DNA of 64,000 nucleotides from Lachnospiraceae bacterium (GCA_036652815.1 JAVVVE010000006.1:11405-75404); one strand, 5' to 3'. Positions 8,712 through 18,140 are shown, counted from the stretch's first letter. Notes: generated from the sequence alone by a model not told the origin. Translations and numbers: made by a program.

Positions 8712-10010
8712 TTATAAGCTTCTGGCAAAGTCTAATAAATTATTAACTATTCTATTTGGTCTGTAATCTTGCAATTGTTTGCACATATCACATTTTAATG
8801 TTCCTATCAATACAGTATTTAAACCTGCTGCTTTTCCAGCTAATATATCAGTATATGAATCTCCAACCATATAGGAGGACTCCCACTGAATATTATACCT
8901 CTCTTTTGCCATATATAATAGTCCCGGTTTTGGTTTTCGACAAGTACACTCTTTAATTAAAAAATGCTCTTTTGTATATGTGTTTTCCTTATCATAATGC
9001 GGGCACATATATACCTCATCTATTTTTATACCTGATTCTTCTATTTCACTCATCAGCTTTTTGTTAATATCATATAATGTAGCTAAGGATGTTTTCCCTT
9101 TAGCTGCAGCCGGCTGATTCGTTACTATAAAAATATAATAATCTAATCTTTTAATGATTTTCAATGCTTCAATGACTTGATCCATGATAACTACTTCTTC
9201 TGTTTTTAAAGGAGAGTCAAATTGCTCTATATCATCATTAAAAACGATTTCATTAATTACACCATCGCGATCCAAGAAAATGGCCGGATGACTTTCAAAA
9301 TAGCGTTTTTTTGCATATTTATCAAATTCAAGCAAAGAGCTTGGGGAACCTATTTCATAAAATCTCTTTATAACGATTTGATTTTCCAACTGTTTATCTA
9401 AAGATAGTTTTTTTTGAATCTCTGAAATATCAAATTTTATTCCTTGTGCATATGATAAAAATATTTCTTTTTCATAGATACCAATTCCGTAATCAATATA
9501 TTCCATTTCCTTTACAGGATTTTGCTTATCATATAAGATTATTTCACCATCTTGTAACCAAACATTGCTTGTATCAAGCTGATTATTGTTTTTAAATATT
9601 GTCATCAGTGCTCTTTTTTTACTTCTGGTATAGCGATACACTGTTTCTTTATAATCAATATCCATAAACGAATCTGCATATAGGAGCATAAATTTTTCTT
9701 CTAAATATGAAAATGCATTTCTGACTGCACCACCTGTTCCCAATAAATCTTTTCCATCATTACAATATTGAATTGTTACACCTAACTTTTCTCCCGTTTT
9801 ATAATATTCTTGTATTTTTTCACCTTGGTAGCCTAATAAAAACAAAAATTTTCTGAAACCGCTTTGATACATTAATTTCAATTGATAGTCAAAAAAAGGA
9901 ATTCCTTGAATCTTTACCATTGCTTTAGGTTCAGCCTCTGTATATTCTTGTAAACGGGTTCCTAGGCCTCCCATAAGCACCACAACTTGAAAATTTGCTA
10001 AATCCATCAT
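8712..10010 (-). CDS. Bifunctional sugar-1-phosphate nucleotidyltransferase (HddC-like) / D,D-heptose-1,7-bisphosphate phosphatase (GmhB-like)
   Basis: 432 aa. The N-terminus has LMGGLGTRL (GxGTRL nucleotidyltransferase). The C-terminus has FLDRDGVIN, VTNQP, a CPH...CTCRKPKPG zinc loop and GDSYTDILAG, the GmhB HAD signature. Confidence 0.8.
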   Translation of the reverse strand: MMDLANFQVVVLMGGLGTRLQEYTEAEPKAMVKIQGIPFFDYQLKLMYQSGFRKFLFLLGYQGEKIQEYYKTGEKLGVTIQYCNDGKDLLGTGGAVRNAFSYLEEKFMLLYADSFMDIDYKETVYRYTRSKKRALMTIFKNNNQLDTSNVWLQDGEIILYDKQNPVKEMEYIDYGIGIYEKEIFLSYAQGIKFDISEIQKKLSLDKQLENQIVIKRFYEIGSPSSLLEFDKYAKKRYFESHPAIFLDRDGVINEIVFNDDIEQFDSPLKTEEVVIMDQVIEALKIIKRLDYYIFIVTNQPAAAKGKTSLATLYDINKKLMSEIEESGIKIDEVYMCPHYDKENTYTKEHFLIKECTCRKPKPGLLYMAKERYNIQWESSYMVGDSYTDILAGKAAGLNTVLIGTLKCDMCKQLQDYRPNRIVNNLLDFARSL

Positions 10011-10981
10011 AAGGTTTTTGTTCCTTCCTTTTCAAATCTAAATCGTACCTCTAGCATTTTTGTTTTTTTCATAGCTGCTCGCAATTGCACCTTGTCTTTT
10101 GCATAGAACATAAGAAATCCGCCACCACCGGCTCCAATCATTTTTCCTCCCAATGCTCCGTTTTTAAGTGCAAATTCATACCATTCATTAATTAAAGAAT
10201 TACTCATTCCTGCAGAACGCTTTTTTTTATATTCCCAATGTGTATTCATGATATCTGCAAAATCATCTAAGTTTCCCTTTTCTAACGCTATTTTACTTTC
10301 AAAGCCTAACTCTTTAACATAATTCAAATTCTGAATCATCTTTTTATTATGATCCTTAGTTTTCCTATCTTGTTCATCTAAAATTATCCCTGCAGCTCTT
10401 GAAAATCCGGTAAAATACAATACTAAATTATCCTCCAGGTTATAATATGTCTCTTGTGTAATATTAAGAGGTTTGATATCCACATAACCATCTTTGGAAA
10501 ATGTCATGGTTTTAATGCCACCAAAAGATGCTATATATTGATCTTGTTTTCCGATGGGTTCCTGTAATCTATTCATTTCAATATTACAAGCCTCTTCTGC
10601 TAATTCTCTTTTATTAACAACACTTTCTTGCATTGTATGCAGGCCCAGCAATAATGCCGTTGTAAAACTACTAGACGAACCCAATCCAGTTCCAGATGGT
10701 ATATCTGCCATCGAACAAATCTCTATGCCCTTATCGCAAACATTTACCATGCTAAGAGCCTCTCTTATGATTGGATGCTTTATTTCTGCTATTTCTTTTA
10801 CTTTCTCAAATTGAGAATATTTCAAAATTATTTCTTTGGTAAATGTCTGATGAATTGTAATATATACATATCGATCAATGGCTGCAGAAATTAGAAATCC
10901 TCCATTTTCTTCATAATAGGAAGGTAGGTCTGTTCCTCCCCCTCCTAACGATATTCTAAGTGGGCTTCTAGTAATAATCAT
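10007..10981 (-). CDS. hddA: GHMP-family sugar kinase (D-glycero-alpha-D-manno-heptose-7-phosphate kinase-like)
   Basis: 324 aa. Has GHMP motif II (IPSGTGLGSSSSF) and a C-terminal GAGGGGF motif. It shows a 4-nt overlap with the downstream fusion gene, in a heptose pathway context. Confidence 0.75.
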   Translation of the reverse strand: MIITRSPLRISLGGGGTDLPSYYEENGGFLISAAIDRYVYITIHQTFTKEIILKYSQFEKVKEIAEIKHPIIREALSMVNVCDKGIEICSMADIPSGTGLGSSSSFTTALLLGLHTMQESVVNKRELAEEACNIEMNRLQEPIGKQDQYIASFGGIKTMTFSKDGYVDIKPLNITQETYYNLEDNLVLYFTGFSRAAGIILDEQDRKTKDHNKKMIQNLNYVKELGFESKIALEKGNLDDFADIMNTHWEYKKKRSAGMSNSLINEWYEFALKNGALGGKMIGAGGGGFLMFYAKDKVQLRAAMKKTKMLEVRFRFEKEGTKTL

Positions 10982-11017
10982 AATTCACTCTCCTCATATA
11001 ACACAGCTTAGTTCCTA

Positions 11018-11734
11018 TCACAAAATAGAGAATCCAATAGCTAAACTATCTCGTGCAAACATTTGTACAGTTTCCAATGAAAATTGTTCGAGATCCTTAC
11101 CTAATGATGGGATTTTTCGTAAAATATCATTTGTGACCGTAATGATATCTGCTCCGGAATTATTTGCCTGAATTATATTATACACCTCACGGCAGCTTGC
11201 CCACAGCACTTCTGTCCCCGGTTTCTTTTTACAAATTGTTACAACCTCTTGTACTATAGGCATAGCATCTATTCCTGTATCCATGATTCTGCCCGCAAAT
11301 ATAGAAAGAATGTTTTTTGTATTTGGTGCAAGCACTTCTATAATTTGTTTTGCTTGTTCAAAAGTAAAAATAGCCGTGATATTAAGTTGTAATCCTTGAT
11401 CAGATAATTTTCTTACCAATGGTACACTGGTTTCTCCTTTTGAATTAGTAATAGGTATCTTTATATAGACATTTGATCCTAATTTTGAAAGTACTTTCGC
11501 TTCTTTCTCCATAATGTCAAAGTCATCAGAAAAAACCTCAAAAGAAATAGGTAAATCTGTGATTTTATCCGTAATCTCTTTTGCAAATAATAAATATTCT
11601 TTTATTCCGGCTTTTTTCATAAGCGTTGGATTGGTTGTGAATCCTTTAATATATGGCTTTTGATACTCTTGCATCATTTCAGCTATTTCTGCTCCATCTG
11701 CAAATATTTTTATTTTTAATTCTTCTATTTTCAT
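11018..11734 (-). CDS. Transaldolase / fructose-6-phosphate aldolase family protein
   Basis: 238 aa. Has the GFTTNPTLM motif and a VYIKIP Schiff-base lysine region typical of short (TalC/FSA-type) transaldolases. Confidence 0.85.
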   Translation of the reverse strand: MKIEELKIKIFADGAEIAEMMQEYQKPYIKGFTTNPTLMKKAGIKEYLLFAKEITDKITDLPISFEVFSDDFDIMEKEAKVLSKLGSNVYIKIPITNSKGETSVPLVRKLSDQGLQLNITAIFTFEQAKQIIEVLAPNTKNILSIFAGRIMDTGIDAMPIVQEVVTICKKKPGTEVLWASCREVYNIIQANNSGADIITVTNDILRKIPSLGKDLEQFSLETVQMFARDSLAIGFSIL

Positions 11735-11743
11735 TTTTCCCCC

Positions 11744-12871
11744 CTAATGATTATAAAGACTCTTCTCTTCAAACGCAGCGTGTAGAAATTCAAATGATTT
11801 TTCTATTTCTTTACTCATTTTTTTCTTACATGCTTCATATTCAATTTCTTTTTTTATGTCTATTTCTTTTTCACTCTTTATTAGTCTATCTTCCAGTCCT
11901 GCCATTTCTGTGATTTGTTCTAATCTCAAATCACTTCTTCTATCTGTAAAAAACCATTTAAAACACCAAAACTGTTTTTCAAAAATAATAGAGAAAATCA
12001 CTCCATGAAAAGAACTTGTACATATGAATTCCGCATTTTTTACCAAATAGAGAAATTTTCCTACACCTATGTTGTTATATTGATCAACGTGACTTAGTTT
12101 TGCAGTAATTCGAGGTGCAATACATATTATTTTTTTAATTCCAGTTTCCTTTCTTATTTTTGTTACAATTTTTTGTGCAAGACTATTCATATCAGCCGGT
12201 ATATATAATAAAACATATTTTTCTTTCAGATTCATTGGAACAATCATTCTGTTCCACTCTTCTCTGGTTACCAGCAATGTGGGATCCACAACATTTTCGA
12301 CATGTAATCCGCTTAAGCTCTCAATCAATGGAACGGTCCCTTTTTCTCTGATGGAAATCTTATCAAAATGTTTCAAATATTTACCCATTTTTTTATATAT
12401 GTTTCTATGTTCGGAATATACTTTTCCCATTGGTTCACTGGCTGCATAAGCTATACGCTTTGCTTTTCTATTTTTTACTCCCAGTAACAAAATCGGATCA
12501 AACTCCATTGGATGCCATATTTGATCACTTCCGCAAAGTAAAACAGTTGCTTTTTGAGTTGACTTTTCAACTTGATTTCTTGTAAAAACCTGTTTAAAGT
12601 CTATCGATTCCTCTTTCATTATTTTATTTACAAATTTTCTTGTTTCCGAATACATATTGCGATTCTTAGAAAAAGGATTGAAATGTATCAAATAATATTT
12701 ACAAATATTCCAAAAATTTCTTTTCCTGTATGACAATAATGTGACTTGACCAACATTTAGTTCACTTATAATTTTTCCAATTGCACACCCTTGCAAGACT
12801 TGCCCATAATTTACAATATTATCTGCATCACACCATGTAATAATATTAATGATTTCATTTTTATTGTCCAT
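11744..12871 (-). CDS. Polysaccharide pyruvyl transferase family protein
   Basis: Has the CGSDQIWHP motif typical of PS_pyruv_trans proteins. The start is moved to the ATG at 12869-12871, which has an AAGGAG RBS 10 nt upstream. The ORF-track start at 12898 would overlap the upstream GT2 gene by 38 nt. Confidence 0.8.
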   Translation of the reverse strand: MDNKNEIINIITWCDADNIVNYGQVLQGCAIGKIISELNVGQVTLLSYRKRNFWNICKYYLIHFNPFSKNRNMYSETRKFVNKIMKEESIDFKQVFTRNQVEKSTQKATVLLCGSDQIWHPMEFDPILLLGVKNRKAKRIAYAASEPMGKVYSEHRNIYKKMGKYLKHFDKISIREKGTVPLIESLSGLHVENVVDPTLLVTREEWNRMIVPMNLKEKYVLLYIPADMNSLAQKIVTKIRKETGIKKIICIAPRITAKLSHVDQYNNIGVGKFLYLVKNAEFICTSSFHGVIFSIIFEKQFWCFKWFFTDRRSDLRLEQITEMAGLEDRLIKSEKEIDIKKEIEYEACKKKMSKEIEKSFEFLHAAFEEKSLYNH

Positions 12872-13898
12872 ATTTGCAAGCTCCTTTATGTATGACAATC
12901 TTAATACTATCTACTAATTTATATTTTTCTTTATTAAAATAATATTTTAATATATCTTGATATAAATATATTTTTTTATGAAGATATATTTCTCTATTAT
13001 TATTTATAAACCTATGGTACGCACTACTTTCATTCATTCCCAGCATCATATATAATTTCATGGTTAATAAAATATTTTCTTCTCTTTGTATTTTCCCAAA
13101 TTTGTTTTTAACAAGCAGTAGCTTTAACATTTCCTCTCTTTTTTTTACTTCTTTATTTCCCTTACATTCCATGTAAAAGCTATTGTTTAAAGGATATGTC
13201 AAATGTTTTTTCCCCCACTGATACTTTTGTATCAATGCATCCCTTTTTTCTTGCAGTTGAATAAAAGTTTTAGTTCTATTTCCATGATATTCTCTATACG
13301 CAACTAGCTCTTGTTGTATATTGCATACCTTATATCGACCGGCAATCTTAACCCATAGCAAATAATCTTCGCTAACCATTCCCTCATATTTCCATTTCTC
13401 TCTTATTTCTTTTGTTCTAAACATTACCGAAGAGGAAATAAAACTATTTTCAAAACACAAATGATAGCAGATGTTTTTATATGTTTTAGGAGTATGTTCA
13501 ATGGATTTTATCTGATTTTTATCATTGACAATATACGCATTGGATCCACACATGATTAAATCGGTGTGTTTTTCCATTGTTTTTACCTGTATTTCCAGTC
13601 TCCTTGGCATACATATATCATCATCGTCTAATCTTGCCACATATTTTCCTTTTGCCAAATCAAGACCTCTATTTAAAGATTTATCTAATCCCAATCTAGC
13701 CTCATTCATAATTAATTTAATTCTTTTATCTTTAAAATTTTGTATGATTTTACAAGTATTATCCTTAGTATCTGCCTCCAATACAATAATTAATTCTAAA
13801 TTTTGGTAGGTCTGTCTCAGCACACTTTCAATAGCATCTCTAATAAACTGTTCCCCATTGTACGTAGTCATCAGTACTGTAACTAATGGATTTCCCAT
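12861..13898 (-). CDS. Family 2 glycosyltransferase
   Basis: 345 aa. Contains VTVLMTTYNGEQFIRDAIESVLRQTY and ARLDDDDI (DxD), the classic GT2 signature. Confidence 0.9.
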   Translation of the reverse strand: MGNPLVTVLMTTYNGEQFIRDAIESVLRQTYQNLELIIVLEADTKDNTCKIIQNFKDKRIKLIMNEARLGLDKSLNRGLDLAKGKYVARLDDDDICMPRRLEIQVKTMEKHTDLIMCGSNAYIVNDKNQIKSIEHTPKTYKNICYHLCFENSFISSSVMFRTKEIREKWKYEGMVSEDYLLWVKIAGRYKVCNIQQELVAYREYHGNRTKTFIQLQEKRDALIQKYQWGKKHLTYPLNNSFYMECKGNKEVKKREEMLKLLLVKNKFGKIQREENILLTMKLYMMLGMNESSAYHRFINNNREIYLHKKIYLYQDILKYYFNKEKYKLVDSIKIVIHKGACKYGQ

Positions 13899-13936
13899 AA
13901 TTTATGTATGCTCCTATTCTTTTTTATATTTATCTA

Positions 13937-14395
13937 TTAAATATCAAATATTATATCTTCCAGTGAAATAATGGGGCAAGATATCTTTTGGCACAGTTCT
14001 CGTTCTATTGCCTCAAATGCAAAGATTGCCGAGACAATAACTGCATCTACTTCTTCAAGTTCATCGTCAGGTTCCACTACTTTTATTTCCGAATAAGTAC
14101 TGCCTATATTTTTATCTATGGCATACTTTACTTCAATCGATGTGCCTTTCAGATCCTCATATAATCGATTTCCCATTTCTCCCATTCCATAGATTGCAAT
14201 TGATTTATAATCATTGTCTGTAAAATATTTTTCAACTGTTTTTCCCTCTTGTTTTAAATTTAGCCACTGGTTTAATACATTATAATATGTTTTAAACTTG
14301 TATACTTTGTCATCTCGTTTTGCTAATTTTATTCCCCCTGCAAATCCTCCTAATATTCCAATAACTGTTGCAATTACTGTTGTTGTTTTTTTCAT
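13937..14395 (-). CDS. Small single-pass membrane protein carrying a PglD_N/NeuD-N-like Rossmann module
   Basis: 152 aa. Has an N-terminal hydrophobic helix (TTTVIATVIGILGGFAGGI) followed by IAIYGMGEMGNRLYEDL...YAIDKN...VVEPDD...VDAVIVSA. The same module type appears at the N-termini of three neighbouring transferases. Confidence 0.5.
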   Translation of the reverse strand: MKKTTTVIATVIGILGGFAGGIKLAKRDDKVYKFKTYYNVLNQWLNLKQEGKTVEKYFTDNDYKSIAIYGMGEMGNRLYEDLKGTSIEVKYAIDKNIGSTYSEIKVVEPDDELEEVDAVIVSAIFAFEAIERELCQKISCPIISLEDIIFDI

Positions 14396-14412
14396 TTTAA
14401 TTCTCCTATTCT

Positions 14413-15663
14413 TTATATTTCTATTTTAATTTGATTATAATACTCAGCATCATCTACTTCTACTACCTGTTCATCTCCATATACTTCATTATTATATTTA
14501 TTTGGAATATAAGTAGGTCCTCGACCTTTTAATAACCATTCATACTCTAAATCCATATGTCCCGTATCTATTGCCCAAAATCCGGCTAGTGCTAAATCAT
14601 AAGCCAACACGGTTGCTGTTTGTCCAAGTGCAATAATAAATAATTTCTTTTTATTAAACTTCTTGGCCGCCTCTAGAATCTTGTTATATTTATGAAAAGC
14701 ATTTTTTTCAGGAGCAATAATTCTTTCAATACTTTTAGCATTATCGAACAAATTATTTCCTACTCCCATACGTGTTGTGGTTCCTTCAATAAAAACAATC
14801 TCTTGTTTTTCCCAGATTTTTTTTAAAAGATAAAATCTTTCAACTGCTTCTTCCGTCTTTTCATGTTTATAGATTGAATATGGACGTGAAATATATGCAT
14901 TATAATATATCTTTTTCATATCAAGTACACTATAGTGAAACTCTCTTGTTTCTTCTGTCATGTATTTTCTTATGCCATATTGTAAACTTTCATTATATTT
15001 TTGTAGGTTACCATAATCAGCAGCAATAGCTACGATATGTTTATTAACGTTAGAGACCAAAATTTCTTTTAATCTTTGTGCTAGGTCTTTGTTATCTATT
15101 TGATATGGATCTGTTGCATGACCTGCCATAATTTCAAATTCGCCTTCTCCATATCTGCTAACTGATAATTTTTCATTAATTATTTTTTCTACAGTATCTT
15201 TCTCAGAGATAATGGTCGGAAATTGATATTTTTCTTTTAGCATATTCTCTGCAATTTCGTATTCTATATTTTTCATAGCTATCTTTTGCTTTTTAATAAA
15301 GTCTTTCATTTGAACGTCAATTCTTGTATGAAAAGATTGCCATTGTGCTTTTTCTACATCAAAAATATCTTTATATTGAGAAAAATCTATATCTTCTCTA
15401 TAAAACAATATAATCTGTTCCTTAGAAACGCCCAGCATTTCTAGCTGCTCTTCTACCATCTTATAATATAGCGTAGCAATTACAACATAATCATACTGAA
15501 AATGCGATATTTCATTAGGAGATGCAATCTCCATTCCATCTATGATAGTTCCAATCTTGTCGGCACTGTTATCCAACAATCCTTGTATTATTTCTTTAGA
15601 AACAACTGATTTTAATACCGGATTTAGACTTTGACCCGCACCGAATATTATTATTTTAAACAT
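14413..15663 (-). CDS. GT-D type (DUF1792) glycosyltransferase with an N-terminal PglD_N-like module
   Basis: 416 aa. The central SVSRYGEGEFEIM matches the R(F/Y)GDGE signature of DUF1792 GT-D enzymes. The N-terminus is IIIFGAGQS...LLDNSADKIGTIIDGMEI. Confidence 0.65.
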   Translation of the reverse strand: MFKIIIFGAGQSLNPVLKSVVSKEIIQGLLDNSADKIGTIIDGMEIASPNEISHFQYDYVVIATLYYKMVEEQLEMLGVSKEQIILFYREDIDFSQYKDIFDVEKAQWQSFHTRIDVQMKDFIKKQKIAMKNIEYEIAENMLKEKYQFPTIISEKDTVEKIINEKLSVSRYGEGEFEIMAGHATDPYQIDNKDLAQRLKEILVSNVNKHIVAIAADYGNLQKYNESLQYGIRKYMTEETREFHYSVLDMKKIYYNAYISRPYSIYKHEKTEEAVERFYLLKKIWEKQEIVFIEGTTTRMGVGNNLFDNAKSIERIIAPEKNAFHKYNKILEAAKKFNKKKLFIIALGQTATVLAYDLALAGFWAIDTGHMDLEYEWLLKGRGPTYIPNKYNNEVYGDEQVVEVDDAEYYNQIKIEI

Positions 15664-15720
15664 TGTTTTCCTCCCTTTTCGTATATTTTAAGAAATCCTT
15701 GTTGGAGCTTCCGTGGTATT

Positions 15721-16857
15721 TTAGGATTTTTTATGAATCAATTCGGAAAATTCCTTAATGCTATTTGAGACAATCACGATATCTTCTTCCGTTAATCCCA
15801 CTCCACTTGGAATGTAAAAACCTTGTTCTGCAATTATTTCTGCATTGGGACAACTCTCATTTTGAAATAAACCCATCCTTAGCAATACCGGTTGTTTATG
15901 AATCGGATAAAAGAATGGTCTGGTCCCTATATTGTGTTCTTTTAACCATTGCATCGCATCCATAGCGTTATAACCTGTTGAATTTTCTATGACCAATCCA
16001 TAAACCCAATAGATATTTTCCGTATATAACGTCTTTTCTAATGGTTGTCTGATACCCTCTATTTCTCCAAGTAAGGAACGATATTGCATTCCTATTTTTC
16101 TCTTTTTAAGTACAGTCGCCTCCAGCTTCTCCAATTGTGCAACTCCTAATGCAGCCTGCATATTGGTCATACGAAAATTACTGCCAATCTCTTCATGTAC
16201 AAATCTTCTCGTAGACTGAAAACATAGATTACGTATGCTCCTACATCTTTCTGCCAGCCCTTCATCATCGGTAAGTATCATGCCCCCTTCACCACATGTG
16301 ACTAGTTTATTAGGGTAAAAGCTAAAAGTACTAATATCCCCAAAACTTCCGCACTGCTTTCCTTTATAAGTTTGTCCATGAACTTGTGCTGCATCTTCTA
16401 TGATTTTTAAATTATATTTTTGAGCTAATAATTGGATTGGAGTAATATCTACCGTTAATCCATAAATATGAACGATCATAATTGCTTTTGTTTTGGAGGT
16501 AATCTTTTCTTCTACCAATGTAACGTCCATATTCCAGGTATCGTATGCACAATCTACTACAACAGGAACTAGACCTGCTTTTACAATGGCCTGTGCACAG
16601 GACATAATCGTAAACGCTGGCATAATTACCTCGGAACCTTTTTCAATCTGTAATGCTTGCACTGCTGCTTCTAGTGCTGCGGTTCCATTGCTTACTGCAA
16701 TAGCATATTTTCGTCCGACATAAGCAGCCATCTCTTCTTCAAATCTTTTAATAAAAGAGCCTTCACTGGAAATCCATCCTGTATCAATGCACTCATTCAG
16801 ATATTTTTTTTCATTACCATCTAGCAATGGGATATTTACCGGAATAAAATCATGCAT
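15721..16857 (-). CDS. DegT/DnrJ/EryC1/StrS family sugar aminotransferase
   Basis: Contains SNGTAALEAA and FSFYPNKLVTCGEGGM (PLP lysine). The start is placed at the ATG at 16855-16857, 9 nt after GGAGG; the ATG at 16863 is an alternative. The ORF-track start at 16902 lies inside the upstream cupin gene. Confidence 0.9.
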   Translation of the reverse strand: MHDFIPVNIPLLDGNEKKYLNECIDTGWISSEGSFIKRFEEEMAAYVGRKYAIAVSNGTAALEAAVQALQIEKGSEVIMPAFTIMSCAQAIVKAGLVPVVVDCAYDTWNMDVTLVEEKITSKTKAIMIVHIYGLTVDITPIQLLAQKYNLKIIEDAAQVHGQTYKGKQCGSFGDISTFSFYPNKLVTCGEGGMILTDDEGLAERCRSIRNLCFQSTRRFVHEEIGSNFRMTNMQAALGVAQLEKLEATVLKKRKIGMQYRSLLGEIEGIRQPLEKTLYTENIYWVYGLVIENSTGYNAMDAMQWLKEHNIGTRPFFYPIHKQPVLLRMGLFQNESCPNAEIIAEQGFYIPSGVGLTEEDIVIVSNSIKEFSELIHKKS

Positions 16858-17293
16858 GTTCATGTACCTCCTTATACAATGGGTATTCAACCGCATGAGC
16901 AAATCTTGTTTTATCTTGATCGCCCGTATATGGACCTTGTTTCACTTCAAACATCTCCAGTTCTTCCAAAACCTCAAAACCGTGTCCCCCGGATGCTAAC
17001 ATAATTACATCTCCTGCACTTAAAATATAGCTTTCCAAATATACTCGTTCCTCATTAAAGAAATCCACCCTCAGTTTTCCGGATTTGATAAAAAGAACCT
17101 CCTGCGTATAGTGAACTTTGCGTTCCACAATATTATGTACATGTGGATCTATTATTTTCCCTGTTGGATGATGCATATAAGCCATTTGCTGTGAGTACTC
17201 ATTCGGCGTGCAAAAGTATACTCCATCTGTTTTAAAGTCATGTTCCATAATAATAGCTAGTACCACTTCCTTGTCCTTAATCAAAATCGGCAT
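16850..17293 (-). CDS. Cupin-fold protein (probable sugar isomerase/epimerase)
   Basis: 147 aa. Has a cupin His cluster (HHPTGKIIDPHVHN ... GGHGFE). It is translationally coupled to the DegT aminotransferase by overlapping stop and start. The specific activity cannot be called. Confidence 0.55.
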   Translation of the reverse strand: MPILIKDKEVVLAIIMEHDFKTDGVYFCTPNEYSQQMAYMHHPTGKIIDPHVHNIVERKVHYTQEVLFIKSGKLRVDFFNEERVYLESYILSAGDVIMLASGGHGFEVLEELEMFEVKQGPYTGDQDKTRFAHAVEYPLYKEVHEHA

Positions 17294-17342
17294 ATGTTTT
17301 CTCCTTAATATCCTACTTTCATTTTATACAATTTCAAACTGT

Positions 17343-18104
17343 TTACTGCTTGATAGCTACAAAATAAGCCGTCCAAGTATCCAATGTCGGGCTCTTCTTT
17401 GTCTTACAGTCAATACATTGCAGCAAGCATAATCCATTCATTTTTAAATATGTTTCTATCTCCGGCGTGAAAAGATAACGCATAGAATGGGTTTCTTTAA
17501 TCCGCTTTTGTACACAAGTCGTTTTATTTGTAATAACAATATCATAATTAACATCCACGACATTTTTTTCAAGATGAAGCTTTGGTTCTGCAATGCGCAT
17601 AATCTCTGACTCAGATGTGTTTACTCTTTTTACTCTGACACTAGGCAAATCATGTATAACACCCACACCATACCATGCATCAAAGATAAAAATACCGCCT
17701 GTAGATAATTGTTTTCCTATTGTTTCAAATGCTGCAAGTAAATCTTCATTGCTGTTCAGGTAGCTAATTACATGAAACAAAGAAAGCACAATCGGATATT
17801 GAGTATGGCTGTCATAATGCCTTATATCTGCCGTTTCATAAGTAATAGGCAATTCACCCGAATTTTTTTTTGCAGTTTTTATCATTTCTTCGCTTAAATC
17901 TATACCATGAATACGATATCCATATTGAGTCAACTCTCTATCATGTTTACCGGTTCCACATCCAACCATTAAAATGTCTCTTTCATGACTATATTGCTGC
18001 ACTAAATCCATAATTTCTTTCGCTTCGGCTGCATAATCCTTTTCATAGTTCAATGCATCATATACTTTTGCATATTCCTTAAAAGCTTCCATATACATTA
18101 ACAT
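17343..18104 (-). CDS. Class I SAM-dependent methyltransferase
   Basis: 253 aa. Has motif I (ILMVGCGTGKH) and an acidic residue after beta-2 (GIDLSEEM). The start is uncertain among three closely spaced ATGs (18104, 18098, 18092). Confidence 0.85.
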   Translation of the reverse strand: MLMYMEAFKEYAKVYDALNYEKDYAAEAKEIMDLVQQYSHERDILMVGCGTGKHDRELTQYGYRIHGIDLSEEMIKTAKKNSGELPITYETADIRHYDSHTQYPIVLSLFHVISYLNSNEDLLAAFETIGKQLSTGGIFIFDAWYGVGVIHDLPSVRVKRVNTSESEIMRIAEPKLHLEKNVVDVNYDIVITNKTTCVQKRIKETHSMRYLFTPEIETYLKMNGLCLLQCIDCKTKKSPTLDTWTAYFVAIKQ

Positions 18105-18140
18105 CCTTTCCTGGGTATATTTTTCAAACTTCCTTGATGT

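Noticed and set aside
16858-16902. Longer start for the DegT aminotransferase (ORF-track start 16902). Similar upstream extensions exist for hrcA (60656), ruvX (49462), the IreB-like gene (49734), mtaB (51086), the NeuB-cupin gene (28350) and the pyruvyl transferase (12898).
   Set aside because: In each case a downstream ATG is preceded by a good Shine-Dalgarno sequence. The extension would also overlap the upstream gene or, for hrcA, the CIRCE operator.
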